Below, one piece after another: positions 30,000-38,029 of a stretch of 51,781 bases of DNA; position 1 is the first letter of the stretch; each line of letters starts with the position of its first letter. Source of the stretch: a virus. Taxonomy: Duplodnaviria; Heunggongvirae; Uroviricota; Caudoviricetes. The notes beneath the pieces are model-generated. The model searched no databases. It saw nothing but the letters and a program-made list of their open reading frames with translations, and had not been told where the DNA came from. The stretch lies in IMG/VR virus record IMGVR_UViG_3300032050_000030, one strand, 5' to 3'. A program made the translations under genes and the position numbers.

Positions 30000-30127
30000 T
30001 GGCAAAATCAAAATCATCAGGAGAGTCCAGAAAGATATCTTTTGGTAAAAGAAAAAAGGGCAAAGCTACCAAGACCAAAGGTCCAAAAGACAAAGCTGTA
30101 TCTAAATACAGAGGTCAAGGAAAATAA
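29999..30127 (+). CDS. Small Lys-rich peptide (42 aa; not in the ORF track)
   Basis: MAKSKSSGESRKISFGKRKKGKATKTKGPKDKAVSKYRGQGK; TAATG-coupled. Confidence 0.6.
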   Translation: MAKSKSSGESRKISFGKRKKGKATKTKGPKDKAVSKYRGQGK

Positions 30128-30179
30128 TCAATTTGATTATACTAAATTTAATTAACTCTGTTAATCGAATTTATTATAG

Positions 30180-30213
30180 CTCATTGCTAATCAAATATTA
30201 ATGTATAGATTTG
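30180..30213 (+). promoter_or_regulatory. Bacteroidota-type promoter (CTCATTG-N19-TAGATTTG)
   Basis: Same architecture as 13237-13270; ATG 7 nt downstream. Confidence 0.65.
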
Positions 30214-30220
30214 TAAACTT

Positions 30221-31561
30221 ATGGCTATAATACCTAAACAAATAGGCTGGAGCCAGGAGTCTAATCTCCTGTGGGAACTTCTTAGGAAGACTGATAGACT
30301 TATTGGTGTAACTTCTAATGTAAACACTAATGTCAACGTAGACAGTGCTATTACATTTGCTCCTTCCACATCACAGGATGCCTTTGGTAGGCTTAGAGTT
30401 TCAGAACCTCTTACAATGTTTGATTCTAGCCATAGGTTTGATGATAATGATCTTTGGTCTACAGCCACTGCTACAAGCGGTGCAGCTGTATTTAATGCTA
30501 ATCAAGGACTTGTAGATCTAAATGTTACAGCTGCTTCTGGATCTTCTGTTACAAGAGAAACAATCAAGGTGTTTGCTTATCAACCAGGTAAATCACTCCT
30601 GGTGATGAACACATTTGTAATGAGTGCTCCTAAAGCAGGTCTTACACAACGTGTTGGATATTATGGAGTTGAAAATGGATTCTATCTGGAACAAGCAAAT
30701 AGTGACATAGCTTTTGTGAAAAGAAGCTATGTAACAGGATCTGTTGTAAATACACCAGTTTTACAAGCTGATTGGAATGTAGATAAGCTTGATGGTAACG
30801 GTCCTTCAGGACTTACACTTGATCTCACCAAGGCTCAGATACTTTGGATGGATTTAGAGTGGTTGGGTGTAGGATCTGTACGTATAGGATTTGTAATAAA
30901 CGGACAGTTTATTTTATGCCATACGTTCCAACATGCTAACATCATCACTAGCACATATATTACAAGTGCATCATTACCTCTGCGTTACGAGATATTCAAC
31001 ACAGCTGGTACATCTGGAGCTAGTACATTGAAACAAATTTGTTCTACAGTGATTTCTGAGGGTGGTTATGAACTTAGAGGTGCACAGTTGTCTGCTGGCA
31101 CATCTATTGTTGCACCAAGAACCTTTGCTTTACCAGGAACCTACTACCCTATTGTATCAATAAGACTTAAATCTACAAGACTAGATGCTATTGCAATTGC
31201 AACAGCTGTTTCTATTTTAGGACTAGGTAATGGTAAAAATTACCAGTGGAGAGTGGTGAATGGTGGTGTTACAACCACTGGAGGATCATGGTTAACTGCA
31301 GCAGCTGATTCTTCCGTAGAATATAATATTACAGCCACTTCTGCATCAGGAGGAAGAGTGTTAGCTAGTGGATTTGTTAATTCATCTAACCAAGGATCTC
31401 CTTCAATTAATATTCTCAAGGAAGCTCTTTTTGCTAATCAGCTTGAAAGAAATGGGTTAACAGGCACACCTTACGAGATTGTAGTAGAAATGGCTGTAGC
31501 CACAACATCTGGTGGTGAGGGTGCATATGCTTCTATAGATTGGGAAGAAATCAGTAGATAA
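30221..31561 (+). CDS. Putative structural protein with module-B N-terminus
   Basis: Starts KQIGWSQESNLLWELLRKTDRLIGVT; beta-rich body (DAFGRLRVSEP...). Confidence 0.6.
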   Translation: MAIIPKQIGWSQESNLLWELLRKTDRLIGVTSNVNTNVNVDSAITFAPSTSQDAFGRLRVSEPLTMFDSSHRFDDNDLWSTATATSGAAVFNANQGLVDLNVTAASGSSVTRETIKVFAYQPGKSLLVMNTFVMSAPKAGLTQRVGYYGVENGFYLEQANSDIAFVKRSYVTGSVVNTPVLQADWNVDKLDGNGPSGLTLDLTKAQILWMDLEWLGVGSVRIGFVINGQFILCHTFQHANIITSTYITSASLPLRYEIFNTAGTSGASTLKQICSTVISEGGYELRGAQLSAGTSIVAPRTFALPGTYYPIVSIRLKSTRLDAIAIATAVSILGLGNGKNYQWRVVNGGVTTTGGSWLTAAADSSVEYNITATSASGGRVLASGFVNSSNQGSPSINILKEALFANQLERNGLTGTPYEIVVEMAVATTSGGEGAYASIDWEEISR

Positions 31562-31576
31562 TAAATTTAATATATC

Positions 31577-31714
31577 ATGTCAGTACCAAATAGACAAATA
31601 GGATGGAGTAATGAGGCTAATCTGCTTTATCAAATATCTAAGCAATTGGATCAATTGATTAAGGTGACAGCAGCATTGTCTACCACTACCACCACAACAA
31701 CAGCAGCTCCATAG
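31577..31714 (+). CDS. Module-B stub protein with poly-Thr tail (45 aa; not in the ORF track)
   Basis: MSVPNRQIGWSNEANLLYQISKQLDQLIKVTAALSTTTTTTTAAP; aligns with the N-terminus of 30221. Confidence 0.8.
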   Translation: MSVPNRQIGWSNEANLLYQISKQLDQLIKVTAALSTTTTTTTAAP

Positions 31715-31745
31715 AGCAAACATAAAACCAACAACATCTACATAT

Positions 31746-32336
31746 ATGAGGGACTTAAAATTTATCTGTGAAGAATGGAAAATTATTCCAGAATTTGATG
31801 GATATGAAGTTAGTAGTCTAGGTAATGTTAGAGGCATAAACAGACTTAGAAAAGGTAAAAATGGACTATGTTTGCTAAAAGGAAAAGATTTAAAACAATC
31901 TTTTAATAAAAAAGGATATCCTGAGGTAAGGTTTCGTAAAGAAGGTTGTCACACTAGACTAGTTCATAAACTTGTGGCTAGTGCCTTTCTGACAAAACCT
32001 GAAGGTTGTACCCAGATTAACCATATTAATGGTGTAAAAACAGATAATAGGTTAGAAAACTTGGAGTGGGTTACTCAATCAGAAAATCAACTACATGCCT
32101 ATAAACTTGGTTTACAACCTAGTAGAGCTGGTGAAGGAAATGGTAGAGCAAAACTTAATGATGAAAAGGTTACTGCTTTAAAAGAATTATATAATTCAGG
32201 AAAAAGTATAAAAGAGATTTCTAAAATAACAAACATAAATTTATATACTGTAAGACAAATTATTTATGGACAAACTTGGAAATCAAACACTACCAAAGTA
32301 GTTAGAAGAGATGAAAGATTTAAACCAACTATATAA
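31746..32336 (+). CDS. Free-standing NUMOD4-HNH homing endonuclease
   Basis: EEWKIIPEFDGYEVSSLGNVR (NUMOD4); LVHKLVASAF...QINHINGVKTDNRLENLEWVTQSEN (HNH). Confidence 0.9.
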   Translation: MRDLKFICEEWKIIPEFDGYEVSSLGNVRGINRLRKGKNGLCLLKGKDLKQSFNKKGYPEVRFRKEGCHTRLVHKLVASAFLTKPEGCTQINHINGVKTDNRLENLEWVTQSENQLHAYKLGLQPSRAGEGNGRAKLNDEKVTALKELYNSGKSIKEISKITNINLYTVRQIIYGQTWKSNTTKVVRRDERFKPTI

Positions 32337-33364
32337 TGAGTAAAGAACTAAAATTCGTGACCGCCCAGCCCGATGATAACTATTACATCTGGCAAGTGCA
32401 CATGTGGCTAGAAAGTCTGAAAACGCTTGGACATTCTGACAAAGCTATTGTTCTTGTTTTCACTCCCAACTTCAGAGAAAGGAATCAGGAATGGAAAAAG
32501 GTTGCTGACCTCTATCCAGAAGCTGAGTTCTTTTATGTAAAGGATGAGGATGAGATTAGCCAGATGCTCAAGGTTTACATTCCTGTATTACGTCCTTATT
32601 CTCTGATGAAATACTTCCAGGCTAATCCAGATATGGTGAATAAGGCAGTGTTTTATTGTGATAGTGATGTGGTGTTTACAGAGAACTTCAATGTAGATGC
32701 TTATCTGGAAGATGATGTATGCTATCTATCAGATACAAACAGTTATATAAGTGCCTCATATTTTGACAGCAAGGTGAAGGATGTACTTCCTGACAAGCTG
32801 AAAGAATATAAAACCAGGGATGTGCTGGCAGAAGTGACCAGCATGATTGGTATAACAAGAGAGATTTGTGAGCGCAATGAGGAAAATTCAGGCGGTGCAC
32901 AGTATCTCCTGAAAAATATAGGTGCAAGTTTCTGGGAAAAGGTGTTGGGTGATTGCTTAATCATCAGAACCTATCTCAGAAATATAAATAAAGATTACTT
33001 CGAGAACGAGAGTAAAGGATATCAATCTTGGTGTGCGGACATGTGGGCTGTTCTCTGGAACCTCTGGTTGAGGGAACAAGAGACAAAGGTGATTCCAGAA
33101 CTGGAATTTGCATGGAGCTCAGATCATATATCCAGACTTGAGAGAGTGGGCATCCTGCACAATGCAGGAATTGTAGGAGATAGTCAGGGTGACATTCCTA
33201 CATTCTACAAGGGTAAATACCACACAGGGGATAATCCTTTTAAAGACCCACACATCTACGAGGTGCTTGATAGTGAGAAGAGTAGGACACTCTGCAACCA
33301 CTACTACTTAAAACAATTATTCAACATTAAAAACAAATACAATTTAGATTATGGCCACAATTAA
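32336..33364 (+). CDS. GT-A glycosyltransferase resembling peptide O-glycosyltransferases (GT95 HPAT / GT96 SGT1-like)
   Basis: YYIWQVHMWLESL, LRPY, FYCDSDVVF (DxD), WCADMWA, ILHN; order and spacing recall the Y.xWQ...DxD...W.xEM pattern of GT95/GT96. Family call by eye. Confidence 0.55.
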   Translation: MSKELKFVTAQPDDNYYIWQVHMWLESLKTLGHSDKAIVLVFTPNFRERNQEWKKVADLYPEAEFFYVKDEDEISQMLKVYIPVLRPYSLMKYFQANPDMVNKAVFYCDSDVVFTENFNVDAYLEDDVCYLSDTNSYISASYFDSKVKDVLPDKLKEYKTRDVLAEVTSMIGITREICERNEENSGGAQYLLKNIGASFWEKVLGDCLIIRTYLRNINKDYFENESKGYQSWCADMWAVLWNLWLREQETKVIPELEFAWSSDHISRLERVGILHNAGIVGDSQGDIPTFYKGKYHTGDNPFKDPHIYEVLDSEKSRTLCNHYYLKQLFNIKNKYNLDYGHN

Positions 33365-33572
33365 CAAACGCCCTCTCAAAGCTTATGTACGCTTTGATGG
33401 TTCTGGGAGAGTAGTTCCCAGCAGCCTGATCCTCAGAAGGAAGAAGCCTAAGGTGGGAAATTGGACAGAGATTCCAGCATATGAGTGCTGCAATGAAACC
33501 ACTACCACCACTACTAGCACTAGCACTAGCACTAGCACAACAACTACCACTACCACAGCAGGTCCACTATAA
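33351..33572 (+). CDS. Module-C stub protein with poly-Thr/Ser tail
   Basis: KRPLKAYVRFDGSGRVVPSSLILRRKKPKVGNWTEIPAYECCN then ETTTTTTSTSTSTSTTTTTTTAGPL. Confidence 0.8.
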   Translation: MATINKRPLKAYVRFDGSGRVVPSSLILRRKKPKVGNWTEIPAYECCNETTTTTTSTSTSTSTTTTTTTAGPL

Positions 33573-33585
33573 AATCTGACAAATC

Positions 33586-34776
33586 GTGAGTAATAAAAGG
33601 GATTTAAAAGCGTACGTTAGGTATGATGTTTTAAAAAGAGCCGTCCCTGGAAGTAATATTTTTAGCAAATATATACCAAAGATTGGTGACTGGGAAGAGA
33701 TACCAGCATACAAGTGTTGTACTACTAACACCACCACTGCTGCGCCTATTCCTTTTATAAGTGTATGGAGAACTACATCTCCTGATGAATCTGTCACCCT
33801 TCCATATAATTTGGGTGGTGTATATGTTGGAACTATTGATTGGGGTGATGGAACTGTTACAGCAAATTCATATGCTAACAGAACACACACGTATGCTGTC
33901 CCTGGTGACTACACCATCACTATATCAGGAACCACTAGAGGGTGGTCTTTTGATGTTCATGGAGGAGACCCAACCAAGATGATAAGTGTATCTCAATGGG
34001 GTAATAGATTCAGATTAGGTAATGACGGTGGTTATTTTAGTGGATGTTCAAATTTAGATTTAAGTGGTGTCACCGATATACTAGACCTAACTGCTGCTAG
34101 TAATTTATCTTTTATGTTTTTTGGTTGTTCATCATTAACAACAGTGAACAGGATAAATGAGTGGAATGTTAGTAATGTCACTAATATGGAGGGTGTCTTT
34201 TATGATGCTACTCAGTTCAATCAGAATATAAGTGGGTGGAACACTTCTAGTGTCACCAATATGACATCTATGTTCCGAAATGCTTCATTGTTTAATCAAA
34301 ACATTGGTGGATGGGATACATCTAGTGTCACAACCATGGAATCAATGTTTTTGGATGCAAGCAGTTTTAATCAAGATGTAAGTGGTTGGGACACATCAAG
34401 TGTGTTAAACATGAGACAAATGTTTGACAATTCAATCTTCAATCAACCGATAGGAATTTGGGATGTCAGTAATGTCACCAACATGAGTTTGATGTTCAAC
34501 AGTACACCCTTCAACCAAAGTATTGGTGTATGGAACACTGTTGATGTTACAAACATGTCTGGCATGTTTAGTAATACACCTTTTAATCAGAATATAAGTG
34601 GATGGGATGTTAGCAATGTCTTTAATATGGGACAAATGTTTCAAAACGCAACAGCATTCAATCAAGATTTAAGTGGATGGTGTGTAACAAACATTCCTTC
34701 AACACCTACAGATTTTGCTACAGGTGCAACAGCGTGGGTGTTACCTAAACCAGTGTGGGGAACATGTCCTCCATAA
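33586..34776 (+). CDS. Module C + PKD-like + DUF285/BspA-type repeats
   Basis: GTG start; IDWGDGT (PKD-like); about seven W(D/N)(T/V)S(S/N)VTxMxxMF...FNQ repeats. Confidence 0.8.
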   Translation: MSNKRDLKAYVRYDVLKRAVPGSNIFSKYIPKIGDWEEIPAYKCCTTNTTTAAPIPFISVWRTTSPDESVTLPYNLGGVYVGTIDWGDGTVTANSYANRTHTYAVPGDYTITISGTTRGWSFDVHGGDPTKMISVSQWGNRFRLGNDGGYFSGCSNLDLSGVTDILDLTAASNLSFMFFGCSSLTTVNRINEWNVSNVTNMEGVFYDATQFNQNISGWNTSSVTNMTSMFRNASLFNQNIGGWDTSSVTTMESMFLDASSFNQDVSGWDTSSVLNMRQMFDNSIFNQPIGIWDVSNVTNMSLMFNSTPFNQSIGVWNTVDVTNMSGMFSNTPFNQNISGWDVSNVFNMGQMFQNATAFNQDLSGWCVTNIPSTPTDFATGATAWVLPKPVWGTCPP

Positions 34777-34794
34777 TAATTAAAACAAAAAGCA

Positions 34795-36333
34795 GTGGCA
34801 AATAAAACAGATTTAAAAGCCTATTTGAAATATGATGGATCTGGCAAGATGATTCCTGGTAGTCTCATCTTGAGTAGATCTAAACCTAAAGTGGGTGATT
34901 GGTCAGAAATTGATGCCTATAAATGTTGCAATGGACCAGCACCAACAATTTGCTCTAATTTCTGGATTAATCAAACAGTTAATTCAGAAAGTGCAGATAC
35001 TCTTTATGCTTTAGGATCTGCAATAGACTCCAATTGTAATTCATTCATGTTGATGGTTGACTATTGGCTAAGTCCAAACAATCCCAACCAAAACTCTTAT
35101 GTAAACTCTTTATTACAAAAGTTTAACGATGCTGGTGAGTTAGTTTGGAGTAGAACGTTTGATTTTGCAGAGAACGGTACAAGTCTATATATAGAAACTG
35201 AAACTATTGCTATAGATAAAGAGGATAATCCAATTTGTTTTTTTACTGTTTATGGTGGAGAACTTGATATTCTTACTACAACTGCTATTACAAAATTTGA
35301 TAACGATGGCAATGAGTTGTGGTCTATTGTTTTAGATAGATCTGTTTATAGTGCTAATATAGAATATGTTGAAAGTGTAGCATTTGATGCAGCTAATAAC
35401 ATGTATGTTTCTTTTCTTATTCAACCTCTTGGTGGTATTGGTAATAATATTGTAATTGTTAGAAAAATTAGTCCAGCAGGCGTAGTGTTAGCATCAAAAA
35501 CTGTAACATTTATCGATAATGTTTTTAGCCCTTTAATAAATGTAAATTCTGCTGGGGAGGTATATTTAGTTTGTACCACTCCAGATACTGATAAAAGTTA
35601 TATTGTAAAATTAGACTCCTCATTAATTGAGATTTGGAATAAAAGTTTTTCAGCAGGTAATCTTTCAGGTGCATATGGTATTGCGTTTGATAAAGATGAG
35701 AATATAGTGCTTCAAATAGGAAATGGGGCCAACCAATCATATTATTCTAACCCTTTATATGGAGCATACATAAAGATGTCTCCCGAAGGAAATGTTATTT
35801 GGACTACTAAAATAAGCAACATCAATACTATATATGGTAATGAGTATGTTCTAGGAACCTTTCAACTTAATTCTGATGGTGATGGAAATATTTATATATC
35901 CTCATATCTTCCAAATACACCAATTCCAGGATACACTTTAACTTATAGTAGTTCTCCGTTAATAATAGCTAAGCTATTATCAAATGGATCTTTTGAATGG
36001 GCGTATATAATAGAAAGTCCTAATGATATAGCTGGTTATTTTTGGGGAAGCCCTATAGTGGGAAATTTGGTGAACAACTCTCTTGTTCTTGCATTCTATG
36101 ATAACACTGATCCGTATAATGCTCAGCTTTTCAAACTCCCATTAACTCCTGTGGCTGATGGTGTATACGGTAGTTACAAATTTACAGACATCACTAACTT
36201 GTGGACAACATCAAGTCCCACACCTACATTTATTGATAGTGTAGCAAATTATTATGATGTACCCACAACTGTAATACCAATAACCTATCTAACATTTGAA
36301 GGAACCTACACAACAATAAACACACCATTATGA
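34795..36333 (+). CDS. Module C + beta-propeller-like domain
   Basis: Repeats IAIDKEDN, VAFDAANNMYV, IAFDKDENIV, LNSDGDGNIYI with KFDNDGNELWS-type strands. Confidence 0.7.
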   Translation: MANKTDLKAYLKYDGSGKMIPGSLILSRSKPKVGDWSEIDAYKCCNGPAPTICSNFWINQTVNSESADTLYALGSAIDSNCNSFMLMVDYWLSPNNPNQNSYVNSLLQKFNDAGELVWSRTFDFAENGTSLYIETETIAIDKEDNPICFFTVYGGELDILTTTAITKFDNDGNELWSIVLDRSVYSANIEYVESVAFDAANNMYVSFLIQPLGGIGNNIVIVRKISPAGVVLASKTVTFIDNVFSPLINVNSAGEVYLVCTTPDTDKSYIVKLDSSLIEIWNKSFSAGNLSGAYGIAFDKDENIVLQIGNGANQSYYSNPLYGAYIKMSPEGNVIWTTKISNINTIYGNEYVLGTFQLNSDGDGNIYISSYLPNTPIPGYTLTYSSSPLIIAKLLSNGSFEWAYIIESPNDIAGYFWGSPIVGNLVNNSLVLAFYDNTDPYNAQLFKLPLTPVADGVYGSYKFTDITNLWTTSSPTPTFIDSVANYYDVPTTVIPITYLTFEGTYTTINTPL

Positions 36334-36725
36334 GTAATAGAAGAGACCTTAAATCTTATATTAGATATGACGGATCTGGTAGAGTGATTCCAGGAAGTAA
36401 TATTCTTAATAGGTTTAAGCCAGGTGTAGGCAATTGGAAAGAAATTAATACTTACGAATGTTGCAACCCCTTACCTCTACCCTCAAACTGTATTGAGTTT
36501 GTTGTAGACACTACAGAGGGTACATTCTTTGGTTTTAGTTTTACCACTACAGGACCTATCAACTTCACTGTTGATTGGGGTGATGGTACTACACATGTAG
36601 ACGCAGGATTTGGTGGATATGATTATGAAGAACATACTTTTCCAGAGTCTGATACCCAGTACACTGTTAGAGTGTGCTTTGATGATATAAATAGTGTTAT
36701 TGAATTTACCTCTTCACCTGATTAA
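36330..36725 (+). CDS. Module C + PKD-like domain
   Basis: RRDLKSYIRYDGSGRVIPGS...YECCN; FTVDWGDGT...EHTF...YTVRV. Confidence 0.75.
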   Translation: MSNRRDLKSYIRYDGSGRVIPGSNILNRFKPGVGNWKEINTYECCNPLPLPSNCIEFVVDTTEGTFFGFSFTTTGPINFTVDWGDGTTHVDAGFGGYDYEEHTFPESDTQYTVRVCFDDINSVIEFTSSPD

Positions 36726-36734
36726 ACTTAAAAC

Positions 36735-37325
36735 ATGGCACAAATAGTATCAATAACAGGCTTACAGAATCTTGTAAACCTACAAAGAATTTATATAGAT
36801 TGGAATAGTTTTCAATCTGTTAATTTGTCCAATCTTCCTAATCTAGTAGAGGTTGACATTAGTGACTGTGATATTCCTGGAACTAACACTAGCAGTTTAA
36901 CATCTGTTAACTTTTCAGGATCTACAGCCATTCAGCAACTTCGTCTTGATGATAGCAACTTCTCTGGAGGAGTTCCTAATTTATCAGCGCTCACTGCTCT
37001 TGAAACATTAGACTTAGACCAATGTGATATTTCTGGTGTATTAGATCTTTCTGGACTTACATCTTTGATTAATTTAGACGTGTCTGGAAATCTAGCAATG
37101 ACATCAGTGGTAATAGCTGATTCACAACCTATTACAGACTTTAATGGAATTGAGTGTGCTTTAACAGAAACAGCTGTAGATGACATTCTTGTTGTATTAA
37201 GCAACAATGGTCAGGCAGGTGGAAATGTTGATCTTTCTGAGGGAACAAGCGCTCCTCCAAGTGCTACAGGACTAGCTGCAAAAGCTGTTCTTGAGGGCAA
37301 TGGATGGGTAGTGAATGTAAATTAA
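36735..37325 (+). CDS. Leucine-rich repeat protein
   Basis: LQNLVNLQRIYID, LSNLPNLVEVDIS, LSALTALETLDLD, LSGLTSLINLDVSGN. Confidence 0.75.
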   Translation: MAQIVSITGLQNLVNLQRIYIDWNSFQSVNLSNLPNLVEVDISDCDIPGTNTSSLTSVNFSGSTAIQQLRLDDSNFSGGVPNLSALTALETLDLDQCDISGVLDLSGLTSLINLDVSGNLAMTSVVIADSQPITDFNGIECALTETAVDDILVVLSNNGQAGGNVDLSEGTSAPPSATGLAAKAVLEGNGWVVNVN

Positions 37326-37337
37326 TAAACTAACAAA

Positions 37338-37748
37338 ATGGCAAAATCATTATTTCCTTCAGAGATGTTGAACAGTGGAGCTGGTGAAATGACGCTTGAA
37401 GGCATTGCTGGAAAGCTCACCTACTTCCATGAGCAATTGCATCTATTACATTGGAACACAACTAGTTATGCAGAACACCAAGCTCTTGGAGGATTGTATG
37501 ATTATGTACATGACTTTAAAGATGGGGTAGTTGAGAAGCTTATGGGCTATACAGGTAAACGTCCTGCACCTTATAAAATAGAACCTCTAATAAACTGTAC
37601 AGGAAATGAATGTGTGGCAAATCTTTTATCTTTTGCATCTAGTTTAAAAAGCTATGCAGAGAGTAATGGCTATCACGACATATCAAACCTCGCTGATTCT
37701 CTCTCTGGAGAAGCTGCAAAAACCAAATATCTATTAACTCTTAGTTAA
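37338..37748 (+). CDS. Ferritin-like (Dps/DUF5856-type) protein
   Basis: HLLHWNTTSYAEHQALGGLYD...DGVVEKLMG resembles the Dps ferroxidase HW...H...D...E pattern. Confidence 0.7.
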   Translation: MAKSLFPSEMLNSGAGEMTLEGIAGKLTYFHEQLHLLHWNTTSYAEHQALGGLYDYVHDFKDGVVEKLMGYTGKRPAPYKIEPLINCTGNECVANLLSFASSLKSYAESNGYHDISNLADSLSGEAAKTKYLLTLS

Positions 37749-38029
37749 TGCAATTACACAGAAAGTTCTTTCCTCCTGTAATGCAGGATAACGAACTAGC
37801 ATATTTCTCTCATCTACAGGGTGTAATAGACTCTGTAGATGAGCTTTCAATATTGGAAGTGACAAAGCACCCTAATGCATACCATTTTAGGCTTGCTCCC
37901 TCCCTTCCAAAATACAACCAATTATTGCTGGAAGAAATATTAAAACTCCATAACCTATTACAAATTAAATTGAATTTGTCAAAGAGCATAAAAAGCTCAG
38001 CAACAATTGTTTTTGAAATAGAAATATGA
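37748..38029 (+). CDS. Hypothetical protein (93 aa)
   Basis: Coupled ORF in the operon. Confidence 0.55.
   Translation: MQLHRKFFPPVMQDNELAYFSHLQGVIDSVDELSILEVTKHPNAYHFRLAPSLPKYNQLLLEEILKLHNLLQIKLNLSKSIKSSATIVFEIEI

Noticed and set aside
33508-33536. (ACTAGC)4-type tandem repeat as a phase-variation tract
   Set aside because: The unit is 6 nt, so slippage keeps frame; it only changes tail length and is covered by the poly-Thr finding.
33586-34776. Possible diversity-generating retroelement target among the repeat proteins
   Set aside because: No reverse transcriptase and no TR/VR pair differing at adenines seen in the window.
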